DNA of 64,000 nt, from assembly GCA_963701295.1 (NCBI GenBank), contig OY969585.1, positions 1,440,001 through 1,504,000 of the forward strand, in the 5' to 3' direction. This DNA comes from Ignavibacteriota bacterium. GTDB taxonomy: Bacteria > Bacteroidota > Ignavibacteria > UBA10030. The translations under genes were made by a program, and so were the position numbers. Shown in pieces: positions 39,889 through 49,700 of this stretch (positions within the stretch are counted from its first letter, which is position 1; every line of letters begins with the position of its first letter). Below the pieces are notes generated by a model, which saw only the letters and a program-made list of their open reading frames with translations, did no database searches and was not told the DNA's origin.

Positions 39889-42486
39889 ATGTATTTCCTG
39901 AAAACCGGGTTCGTACTATTGATTGCTTCAATTCTTTTTTCTCCATTCGCACAACCGCAGCAAGTATCATCGACTACTCCTGAGGAAGTATTTCTTCTCT
40001 TTCGTTATCAGCAGGGGAATGTGAATGAGATTGTTGTTGCCCAATATTTGAATGGAACTGTCTACCTGCCGTTTGGTGATTTATTTCACCTTCTGCAGAT
40101 CAATTATGCAGTTGACAGCGGAATGACCCGTATAACAGGTTTCTACCTTACTCAGCAGCGGCAATATGATTTAGATACTAAGAAGCTTCTTGCTCGCATC
40201 GATAATAAGGCAGTAGTACTACGGGAAGGAGAAATATCAAAAACTGATCTTGAGATCTATACACTGCCTTCTGTCTTTGAGAAAATATTCGGATTGAGAT
40301 TCACTGTAGATCTTCGCCATTTACAATTATCGCTGGAAACGGATGAAGTTCTACCTGTCGTAGCAGAACAAGAGCGTGAACAGCGAAAACAGATGTTGAA
40401 TGCTCTCAAGCAAGGACAAAAAGATTATCCATTGTTGTATGGACGTAGTCGCAGCATGTTTCGTGCAGGTGTGCTCGATTATTCGTTGACCGGGACACGC
40501 GAAAACGGATCGACGTCCTCAATGTATAATTTTGAAGGAGGCGCAGAAGTGTTCGATGGTGAATTGAACGCATCGATAAATGGAGCCCACGATCAGAATG
40601 GCTGGGGCAATGCGCAGCATGATCTCCATTGGCGCTATGCGTTCGATGAAAGGAAAGAGATCACACAGGCATCGGTCGGAAACTTACAAGGATTCGGAAT
40701 AACACAATCTCCATTCACCGGTGTCAGCGTCTCGAACGAACCGCTTGTGCCAAGGACGATGTATCAGACGATGGTCGTGGAAGAGCAAACTCAACCATAT
40801 TGGATGGTAGAGCTCTATCTCAACGAGCAGCTTACCGCTTCGGCACGTGCCGACGAGATGGGACGGGTTCGTTTTGAAATTCCGTTGACATATGGCACAA
40901 ACGTATTTTCTTTGCGGATGTATGGACCTTCAGGAGAAGTGCTGACAGAACGGAAACGTATTCAAGTGCCGTTCACATTCCTTCCATCGCATGAACTCAA
41001 TTATTCGATTAATGCCGGCAGACTACAAATCGGAGGGTTTCCACTCTATCAAGCGCAAGCAATCTATGGCTTGAGCAATGTCCTCACGAATCGAATTTCT
41101 CTTGAATATCTCCGCGATACACTGCGTCAGAGACCTGTGTTGACCGATGTCGTTTCAGCTCGCGTCGGCGAGAGTATGCTGCTTGCGTTCGAGGCATCTC
41201 CAACTGTCCGCTACCAAGCAAATATGGAAGTAATGTACCCGTCACAAATTTCGTACGATGTCACATACACCAAATTCGAGCCTGATCTGCTATACAATCC
41301 TTTGGCACAACGACATGCAATCCAGGCTGATGCTACAATCCCCTTTGAAGCCAATCAGGTTCATTATGTGCTTCGCAGCACGGTGAACCGGACAGATCTT
41401 GTTCATGGTTCAAATTTGTATTGGACAATCGGTGCATCGGTGTCGCATGGTCCGTTTATGGAATCTTTGGAAGAAAGATATTCTGAACTTGATGACGGAC
41501 AGGGAGGGATTTCGAGGAAACCAGCCCTCTATGCATCGGTGTTGTATACTGTACACCAGTTTGATGGACTGCCATTGGATATTAATTCATTTCTTCTCGG
41601 TGCAACAGCAACGTACGATCAATCTTCCAGACAGATAAGCGAGGTCACGTGCGATATTTCTGCAAATATTTTCAAGCAAGGACGTTTTCGCATCGGGTAC
41701 CAAAAGGATCTTTTATTGAAAACCACAACCGGCTTCCTCGAGCTTACATTCGATTTTGATTTTACCCGTTCGTCAACGTCGCTGTATACCGGAAACCGAA
41801 ATGCATTCAGCCAATCGGTAAGCGGTGCGTTGGTTTACGCAAGCGATGAGAATATACTTTCAGTCTATGGCAGGCAATGGAACGATAATACCGGTGCGAA
41901 CTTCCGCATGTTTCTCGATGAAAATGGAAATGACAAGTACGATGAGGGGGAAAAAATAATTGAAGGCGCTTCTGTCAGTATTGGGCAGTCTGCATCATAT
42001 CAGAAAAGCAGCGGTGGATTAGTGAAGGTCTGGGAACTGTTGCCATATGCACGCTATCAAGCAGAATTGCTTGATATTTCAATGGCAAATAGTCTTTGGA
42101 TTCCGAAACATAGGTTATTTGCATTTATCACCGATCCACACCGAGCGAAAACCATGGATGTTCCGTTTACGGCTGTCGGTATGATCGAAGGTACTGTTCT
42201 TCGTATACGAAAGGAAGAGAAAGTCCCGGTTCCGGGATTGAAAGTCCAAGTGGTCGAAGTAGGAGGAGCACTGAAGAAAACAATCTCTTTGTTCCAAGAT
42301 GGGTCGCTGTATTATGTCGGCTTGGCACCAGGGAAGTATATAATTTCCGTAGATTCGGTACAGCTCGTCATGCTAGGATTGATTGCAAAACCGATGATGC
42401 GTGAATTCATTATTAAAGCAACTGCTGAAGGGGATGCTGTCAGTGGATTAGATTTTATTCTTGTCGAATCAGATAACAAGAAATAG
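39889..42486 (+). CDS. Usher-like outer-membrane protein with C-terminal SdrD-B/carboxypeptidase-regulatory-like domains
   Basis: 865 aa with signal; plug-like VELYLNEQL...G...FEIPLTYGTN...YGPSGE; amphipathic strands; FLDENGNDKYDEGE; GLAPGKY. Confidence 0.7.
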   Translation: MYFLKTGFVLLIASILFSPFAQPQQVSSTTPEEVFLLFRYQQGNVNEIVVAQYLNGTVYLPFGDLFHLLQINYAVDSGMTRITGFYLTQQRQYDLDTKKLLARIDNKAVVLREGEISKTDLEIYTLPSVFEKIFGLRFTVDLRHLQLSLETDEVLPVVAEQEREQRKQMLNALKQGQKDYPLLYGRSRSMFRAGVLDYSLTGTRENGSTSSMYNFEGGAEVFDGELNASINGAHDQNGWGNAQHDLHWRYAFDERKEITQASVGNLQGFGITQSPFTGVSVSNEPLVPRTMYQTMVVEEQTQPYWMVELYLNEQLTASARADEMGRVRFEIPLTYGTNVFSLRMYGPSGEVLTERKRIQVPFTFLPSHELNYSINAGRLQIGGFPLYQAQAIYGLSNVLTNRISLEYLRDTLRQRPVLTDVVSARVGESMLLAFEASPTVRYQANMEVMYPSQISYDVTYTKFEPDLLYNPLAQRHAIQADATIPFEANQVHYVLRSTVNRTDLVHGSNLYWTIGASVSHGPFMESLEERYSELDDGQGGISRKPALYASVLYTVHQFDGLPLDINSFLLGATATYDQSSRQISEVTCDISANIFKQGRFRIGYQKDLLLKTTTGFLELTFDFDFTRSSTSLYTGNRNAFSQSVSGALVYASDENILSVYGRQWNDNTGANFRMFLDENGNDKYDEGEKIIEGASVSIGQSASYQKSSGGLVKVWELLPYARYQAELLDISMANSLWIPKHRLFAFITDPHRAKTMDVPFTAVGMIEGTVLRIRKEEKVPVPGLKVQVVEVGGALKKTISLFQDGSLYYVGLAPGKYIISVDSVQLVMLGLIAKPMMREFIIKATAEGDAVSGLDFILVESDNKK

Positions 42487-42576
42487 ACCTTAAGAGGTGC
42501 TGCTTCTATCGAATGCTCGAAGTTTGTAGATATTTCAATATCTTCTTTCACATCGTCATTCCTTTAAATCAGTTAT

Positions 42577-42656
42577 TGACAAAAACCCAAAGAAATGGGG
42601 CTTTTGTCAGCCGGTCCAAGCCACTTTAAGAGATTTTGAACTGGAATATCCTTTGC
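42577..42656 (+). promoter_or_regulatory. Candidate sigma-54 promoter (TGG-N10-GC, 42642-42656) with upstream inverted repeat TGACAAAA...TTTTGTCA
   Basis: ctGGaatatcctttGC has exact -24/-12 spacing. The inverted repeat at 42577-42609 could be an enhancer site or a terminator. Confidence 0.5.
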
Positions 42657-42680
42657 GACATCTTCTCATAGCAAAACGCT

Positions 42681-43034
42681 ATGAGAAGACTCTGCACCAT
42701 ATTAACACTAAGCACACTGTTGATGCTTATTATTCCTTGTTCGCTTACCGCGCAGCACCAGGCTCATTCTTCGGCGAATATAACGGTAACAGTTCTGCCG
42801 GCGGTTGGTGTGGAAGTGCAGGAACGAATCTCTTCATCGCACGAAAAGGGAAATATTCAATCTGAATTTCTTGTAAAAGTGAATGACTCAGGAAAGTATT
42901 CCCTCCGAATTCTTGACGAATCAAATACATCATCCACACTTTCGAAAGTGCTCGATGCAAATAGTGTCTACCGTCTCCAGGGAAGAAAATTAAGCTCGAA
43001 GAAGATTGTCCAAGTCGCTCTTCTCAGCAGTTAG
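42681..43034 (+). CDS. Small secreted protein with a pilin-like N-terminal strand
   Basis: Signal ending ...SLTA; SSANITVTV resembles the major pilin's TANITANV. Confidence 0.55.
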   Translation: MRRLCTILTLSTLLMLIIPCSLTAQHQAHSSANITVTVLPAVGVEVQERISSSHEKGNIQSEFLVKVNDSGKYSLRILDESNTSSTLSKVLDANSVYRLQGRKLSSKKIVQVALLSS

Positions 43035-43367
43035 CGGTTCCTTCCCGCATTTTGTTGGTCATCATAATCTTGTTGAGTAATTCACTAAAGAATTCATTTC
43101 TATATCTTCAACTGATGTACATTCAAGGGCAGATTTGCACGGAATAGCGTTGACATGAAGCAATCGAAAATGTCCATACTCACGTATGGATATCCTTCGC
43201 ACTCAGTCTTCTTTTTTCTTGCTATAAGAAGCCGCACACTATCATCGTTAATGCCTATTTATAGATATTTGGTGCAATAATTTGTAACTTAAGTTGAAAA
43301 TAGCATCACCTAATATTATCATTATTTTTTCCTTTGAAAGGATTCAATTGAACAAGAAGAGTGATGG

Positions 43368-43607
43368 ATGGCTGAAATTGTAAAAAAAGTTAAGGGAACG
43401 GTCGTTATCGTGAACGAACGATGCAAGGGCTGCGGTTTTTGTGTCGAGTTCTGTCCGACAAAATGTTTGGAACTTTCCGGTCAATACAATTCAAAGGGAT
43501 ATCATCCTCCGGTACTTGTGCGGAAGGATGATTGCACAGGCTGTGATATTTGCGGAATGGTTTGTCCGGATTTTTCCATCTATGGTTTTATGAAAAAGAA
43601 GGAGTAG
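43368..43607 (+). CDS. 2x[4Fe-4S] ferredoxin, delta subunit of 2-oxoacid:ferredoxin oxidoreductase
   Basis: CKGCGFCVEFCP and CTGCDICGMVCP. Confidence 0.93.
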   Translation: MAEIVKKVKGTVVIVNERCKGCGFCVEFCPTKCLELSGQYNSKGYHPPVLVRKDDCTGCDICGMVCPDFSIYGFMKKKE

Positions 43608-43611
43608 GAAT

Positions 43612-44769
43612 GTGCACGATGATTCAGAAGTATTAACAGGAGCACACTTTATCGACGGTGATCATGCATGCAGCGAAGGTGCTATTGCGGCAGGTTGTCG
43701 GTTCGTTGCAGGTTATCCGATTACACCATCCACAGAAATTGTGGAACGTATCGCGGAACGGTTCCCATTTGTCGGCGGAGTGTTTATTCAGATGGAAGAT
43801 GAAATTGCTTCGTCTATAGCAATCCAAGGTGCTGTGTGGGCGGGGAAGAAGGCCATGACCGTCACGTCGGGTCCCGGTTTCTCGTTGATGATGGAACACA
43901 TTGGGTTTGCTGCGATGACAGAAACTCCCTGTGTCTTTGTCGATGTACAGCGCGCGGGCCCTTCTACGGGCTTGCCAACGATGCCGGCGCAAGGTGATAT
44001 GATGCAGGCACGTTGGGGTTCGCATGGTGATTATGGCATTATTGCTTTGTGCCCAAATTCGCCGCAGGAATGTTTCGATTTGACAATTAGAGCATTTAAT
44101 CTTGCAGAACAATTCCGCGTACCGGTTTTGCTAATGATGGATGAGTGCGTCGGTCACATGATCGAGCGTGTTGTTATCCCTCCTACGCGTGAAATTCAAG
44201 TTTTTAAACGGCGCTACTATCATGGTCTAAAGAATGAGTTACTGCTATTTCAGCCAGATAACGATCTTGTTCCGCCTATGGTGAAAACAGGCGAAGGATA
44301 TCAGATACATGTGACCGGCTTGACGCATGATGAAAAGGGTTATCCGAACATGACGGTCGGTGCACAGGCTAAGCTTGTAACCCGGTTGGTGAACAAGCTT
44401 CGTGTCAATGTTGATAAGATCGTTGATTTTCGGGAAGATGGTGTTGAAGGTGCTGATATTGTTGTTGTGACGTACGGCATTACATCGCGCACTGCAATTC
44501 CCGCTATTGAACAAACACGGAAGGAAGGTATGCGTATCGGTCACTTACGACTTGTAACCGCATGGCCTTTTCCGGAAAAACGGATTCGCGAATTAGCATC
44601 CAAAGTAAAAACATTTGTAGTACCTGAACTTAATCTCGGACAAATGGTTTATGAAGTTGAACGACTTGCTAGCGGTAAAGCAAAAGTCGAACTTGTTCCG
44701 CACGCTGGCGGTACGGTGCACAATCCAAAAGAAATTTATACAACAATTAAACATTCGGTGAAAGGATAA
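43612..44769 (+). CDS. korA: 2-oxoacid:ferredoxin oxidoreductase alpha subunit (KorA-like)
   Basis: AGYPITPS, QMEDEI, TSGPGFSL, QRAGPSTGLPT. Confidence 0.9.
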   Translation: MHDDSEVLTGAHFIDGDHACSEGAIAAGCRFVAGYPITPSTEIVERIAERFPFVGGVFIQMEDEIASSIAIQGAVWAGKKAMTVTSGPGFSLMMEHIGFAAMTETPCVFVDVQRAGPSTGLPTMPAQGDMMQARWGSHGDYGIIALCPNSPQECFDLTIRAFNLAEQFRVPVLLMMDECVGHMIERVVIPPTREIQVFKRRYYHGLKNELLLFQPDNDLVPPMVKTGEGYQIHVTGLTHDEKGYPNMTVGAQAKLVTRLVNKLRVNVDKIVDFREDGVEGADIVVVTYGITSRTAIPAIEQTRKEGMRIGHLRLVTAWPFPEKRIRELASKVKTFVVPELNLGQMVYEVERLASGKAKVELVPHAGGTVHNPKEIYTTIKHSVKG

Positions 44770-44774
44770 AGCCG

Positions 44775-45683
44775 ATGGGAGAAGATGCATTGTATACCAT
44801 TGACAATGTCGTTCCTCCAAATCCAATTGAAAATTTATTACGGGTGGATCGCATTCCGCATATCTGGTGTCCCGGATGTGGTATCGGTTCAACTGTCAAT
44901 TGTTTTGTGCGTGCCCTGCAAACCAGCGGATTGAATTTGGACAAAGTAGCGATTGTCTCTGGTATCGGCTGCACAGGCCGTGTTGCCGGTTACATCAAAC
45001 TGGATTCTTTTCATACTACGCATGGCCGTGCAATTCCATTTGCAACCGGATTGAAGCTGGCAAATCCGGAATTGAAAGTCGTTGTCTATAGTGGTGACGG
45101 CGATTTGACAGCTATTGGCGGCAATCATTTCATTCATGCAGCACGTCGCAATGTGGATATGACTGTTATCCTCATCAATAATATGGTTTATGGAATGACC
45201 GGCGGACAAGTTGCGCCCACGACACCGATTTCTGCAACAGCATCGACGACCCCGTATGGGAATTTCGAACAGACATTTAACCTGCCGTTCCTTGCCGAGT
45301 CCTGCGGGGCGGTGTACGTGGCGCGATGGACAGCGTTTCATGTGCGCCATGCTACAAAGTCCATCAAAGAAGCGCTTACAAAGAAGGGATTTTCGTTTGT
45401 CGAGATTCTTGCAGCATGTCCAACATTATACAGCCGCCGCAACAAACTTGGCGATGGTCTCGATCAGATGGTTTATTTTCGCGAGCAGAGCGAAATTAAG
45501 AACGGCGCCGACACGAAATCGGTTGCGCTCAACTTCCAGGGTAAAATCATAATTGGAAAATTTGTCGATATCGAACGACCTTCATATCAACAATCAATGT
45601 ACGATCATCTCAGGAAAAAACTCGGGGATCAATATATACCCTCAACAGAAATGAAGAACGTCTATGGCAAGAACAGAAATTAA
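44775..45683 (+). CDS. korB: 2-oxoacid:ferredoxin oxidoreductase beta subunit (KorB-like)
   Basis: WCPGCG, SGIGC, HGRA, GDGD...GGNH, YGMTGGQ. Confidence 0.9.
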   Translation: MGEDALYTIDNVVPPNPIENLLRVDRIPHIWCPGCGIGSTVNCFVRALQTSGLNLDKVAIVSGIGCTGRVAGYIKLDSFHTTHGRAIPFATGLKLANPELKVVVYSGDGDLTAIGGNHFIHAARRNVDMTVILINNMVYGMTGGQVAPTTPISATASTTPYGNFEQTFNLPFLAESCGAVYVARWTAFHVRHATKSIKEALTKKGFSFVEILAACPTLYSRRNKLGDGLDQMVYFREQSEIKNGADTKSVALNFQGKIIIGKFVDIERPSYQQSMYDHLRKKLGDQYIPSTEMKNVYGKNRN

Positions 45684-46227
45684 GATCGGCGGATTTGGAG
45701 GGCAGGGAGTTATTCTCAGCGGTTATATTATCGGTCGGGCTGCTTCTATCTATGATAATAAGTTCGCAACGATGATTCAAGCATTTGGGCCGGAGGCACG
45801 TGGAAGTTCTACCAGCGCTCAAATTATTGTTTCGGATGAACAAATCACCTATCCATACATCACTGCTCCGAATCTTATGGTGCTGATGTCTCAAGAGTCC
45901 TACGTAAAGTTTTCCGGCGAGCTTGTTTCCGGCGGCACTCTTATAACAGAAGAAGATCTGGTTACACCTCGTAGTCTACCCAATGATATCAAGCACTATT
46001 CAATTCCTGCAACTCGTTTTGCTGAGGAGTTAGGGAAACGTATGGTGTTGAATATTGTGATGATGGGGTTCACTACTGCTATTACTAGAATTATCGACGA
46101 ACGGGCGATGGGGGAAGCCGTAAAAGTCTCGGTTCCTAAAGGCACGGAAGAGTTAAATATCCTGGCGTTTATAAAAGGGTTGGAATATGGAAGGAAACTC
46201 ATTGAAGAAAAAAGTGCCCTTGCATAA
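45664..46227 (+). CDS. korC: 2-oxoacid:ferredoxin oxidoreductase gamma subunit
   Basis: GFGGQG, GPEARG, NIVMMG. Confidence 0.88.
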   Translation: MARTEIKIGGFGGQGVILSGYIIGRAASIYDNKFATMIQAFGPEARGSSTSAQIIVSDEQITYPYITAPNLMVLMSQESYVKFSGELVSGGTLITEEDLVTPRSLPNDIKHYSIPATRFAEELGKRMVLNIVMMGFTTAITRIIDERAMGEAVKVSVPKGTEELNILAFIKGLEYGRKLIEEKSALA

Positions 46228-46479
46228 TACTCCTGATGTGATGAATTGAAGATTTATTTTCGAGAGGAAATAGATTGAATTATCGACAACGTTCGGTTTC
46301 CTTCCATTAGTTTTCTAACCATTTGTAAATTCTTAAACCGTATTGTGCTTTAAACCTATCGAAGTTGATTGTTTTTCAATTTATAGGAGATGGTTTTTCT
46401 ACTTTCGATCCTAAGATATGGCAAGACTTTACACTTAAGGGTAATTTATAAAACTGCTATCTTGGAAACGGATTGATAT

Positions 46480-46608
46480 GAACAAGCCGTGATTGAAGCT
46501 ATGAAAGTCTCTGTCCCGAAGGGAACAGAAGAACTTAAGTTGAATTCGTTTCTCAAAGGACTTGAGTAGGGCAAAAAAATTCTTGAAAACAAGTATCTAT
46601 CAACGTGA
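46480..46608 (+). pseudogene. Diverged remnant copy of the korC 3' end with an in-frame TAG
   Basis: EQAVIEAMKVSVPKGTEELKLNSFLKGLE*GKKILENK versus KorC ERAMGEAVKVSVPKGTEELNILAFIKGLEYGRKLIEEK. Confidence 0.85.
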
Positions 46609-46645
46609 AGAGAGATTATTGGTTAGCCGTCTAGTACCTACGTAA

Positions 46646-46681
46646 GGGCAGAGCTTAAGACATAATCTTTAAGCTCTACCC
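46646..46681. terminator. Hairpin between convergent units
   Basis: GGGCAGAGCTTAAGA...TCTTTAAGCTCTACCC; no clear U tract. Confidence 0.45.
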
Positions 46682-46709
46682 ACAGACATAGCCTCTGAGA
46701 AGCCTCTTT

Positions 46710-49700
46710 TTATTTCGTCAACATCATTTTTCTGATTTGTACTTTTCCTTCAGCTTTCAATCTCGCATAATACATTCCACTCGCAAGATTATTCGCATTG
46801 AAGGTCACAGTGTGATGTCCTGCTTGTTGTACTTGATTCACAAGCGTTACAATTTCTTTACCTAGGATGTCGTAAACGATCAACCGTACTTCAGCAGTTG
46901 TGCTTAGTTGATAACCAATCTCTGTTGAAGGATTGAACGGGTTTGGGAAATTCTGTTCCAGCAAGAAGCCGCTCGGTACTTGCACAGTTGATTCTACAGA
47001 TGTGGTTAATGATTCATAAACACCGAGTTCGAAAAATGAAATACCCAATTGAGTACCGCGTTGAATACCGATCAAACGCACATACCGTGCATTAACGGGA
47101 TCAAAATTTAATTCTATAGTATCCGGTCCAGAAGCATATCCAGTTACTACATCAGTAAAGATTAGACCATCCAACGATGTACTAATCGTAAATTGAGAGG
47201 CGTATGAACTATCCCATGTGATAGTGATATGGTCGATAGTTGTTATATCCTGAAGATCGACCTGCCACCATTGATTATCTGTATACGCAGAACTCCAGCG
47301 AGTGGTTGGATTTCCGTCATTTGCTTTATTTGCTTCGTCTCCTGTCAGTTCAACGGTGGAAGCAGTGCTTGGCATATCGAGCGCTTTATTTCGAGATAAT
47401 TTTTGTGGCCTTACATAGACTTTTTTTACGTATGAAGTATTTCCATTGATATTAGATAATATCAAAGTAAATCGAGTCGTAGCTCTTATAATTCTCGTAA
47501 TAGATCCATTTGTAACGACCGTTCCGATCCCATTATTGATAGAAGCAGAAGAAGCATTGGAAGAAGTCCAGGTGAGTGTGACAGAACCACCGCGTTCTGG
47601 GAGTGTATCAGATGATGCGATGAATGTTCCAGTGGGTGGAGGCAAGTCTGATAATCCATTTCCACTCACAAACACACTTTTTGTCACTGCGCCCCCTCCA
47701 CCAATTGTGATGGAATCTGAGTATGATTGCACAGTCGTTGGAGAAAACCTCACATAGATTATTTTCGGTATAGGTTGGAGTGTTCCGCTTGTATATGCTA
47801 TTCTTTTTGATGAAGTAAAGCCTGAGCTACTATCAGTTGATATTGTAAATCCCGATGGCGCTGTAATGGTAAGTGAGTCAGATGCAGGCGATAAATTCAA
47901 TCCCACTAACGTATAAGTCAGTTCACTTGATATCGTATTGATGGTAACATTTCCGAATGATAAAGATGTCGGGTTTACCGTCAGCGCGGATGCCGTAGCA
48001 GAGATGCCTGTTCCGGTCACTGCGACATTCTGTGTTGTTGCACCGCCTCCTGCATTCGTGATATTGCCAGTATAACTCTGCACTGCCGTCGGAGAGAACC
48101 TAACATAGATTGTTTTCGCAGAAAGTGTTCCACCTGTATATGCTATTCTTTTTGATGAAGTAAAGCCTGAGCTACTATCAGTTGATATTGTAAATCCCGA
48201 TGGTGCTGTAATGGTAAGTGAGTCAGCTGCAGGCGACAAGTTCAATCCCGTTAACGTATAAGTCAGCTTACTTGATATCATATTGATGGTAACATTCCCA
48301 AATGATAAAGATGTCGGGTTTACCGTCAGAGCAGGTGTTGGTGCACTAATACCGCTACCGGTTACCGCAACATTCTGTGTTGTTGCACCGCCACCTGCAT
48401 TTGTGATATTGCCAGTATAACTCTGCACTGCCGTCGGAGAGAACCTAACATAGATTGTTTTCGCAGAAAGTGTTCCGCCTGTATATGCTATTCTTTTTGA
48501 TGAAGTAAAGCCTGAGCTACTATCAGTTGATATTGTAAATCCCGATGGCGCTGTAATGGTAAGTGAGTCAGATGCAGGCGATAAATTCAATCCCACTAAC
48601 GTATAAGTCAGTTCACTTGATATCGTATTGATGGTAACATTTCCGAATGATAAAGATGTCGGGTTTACCGTCAGCGCGGATGCCGTAGCAGAGATGCCTG
48701 TTCCGGTCACTGCGACATTCTGTGTTGTTGCACCGCCTCCTGCATTCGTGATATTGCCAGTATAACTCTGCACTGCCGTCGGAGAGAACCTAACATAGAT
48801 TGTTTTCGCAGAAAGTGTTCCACCTGTATATGCTATTCTTTTTGATGAAGTAAAGCCTGAGCTACTATCAGTTGATATTGTAAATCCCGATGGTGCTGTA
48901 ATGGTAAGTGAGTCAGCTGCAGGCGACAAGTTCAATCCCGTTAACGTATAAGTCAGCTTACTTGATATCATATTGATGGTAACATTCCCAAATGATAAAG
49001 ATGTCGGGTTTACCGTCAGAGCAGGTGTTGGTGCACTAATACCGCTACCGGTTACCGCAACATTCTGTGTTGTTGCACCGCCACCTGCATTTGTGATATT
49101 GCCAGTATAACTCTGCACTGCCGTCGGAGAGAACCTAACATAGATTGTTTTCGCAGAAAGTGTTCCGCCTGTATATGCTATTCTTTTTGATGAAGTAAAG
49201 CCTGAGCTACTATCAGTTGATATTGTAAATCCCGATGGCGCTGTAATGGTAAGTGAGTCAGATGCCGGCGATAAATTTGAGCCTTGCACGGTATATGTTT
49301 TTTTGCTCGAAATCGTATTCACGATTACATTGCCAAAAGAAAAGGATGATGGAGTGATTGTCAATGTTCCTGTTGGTGAACTTGCATCCGAATTCCATAC
49401 TGATCCCGATTCGAGTCCTGTCGCTGCTTGGAATGCTGATAATGACGTGTAAAATACTTCATTAGGATACGGCGTTGCATTAAACCGTCCCGGACTATGG
49501 AAGCTATTATTTATGGATGTTAAGCCAGTAGTAGCATCAAATTTATCCAAGTTAGAATTCGATTGCTGTCCGGTAACATCGTTATGTTCAAATAATATTG
49601 TAGCAGAAGTGCCGAAAACAGATTCAACGCCTTGTCCTGTCGCAAAACAGTTTATCGTATTATTGTAAATATGGTCTTGACCTGTTCCACCTAATTGTTC

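Noticed and set aside
46567-46569. Pyrrolysine or readthrough TAG in the korC-like fragment
   Set aside because: The fragment lacks the N-terminal three-quarters of the gene and no pyl genes are seen; a nonsense mutation explains it.
47790-49265. Non-coding satellite or CRISPR
   Set aside because: The 345-bp unit is an in-frame protein domain repeat.
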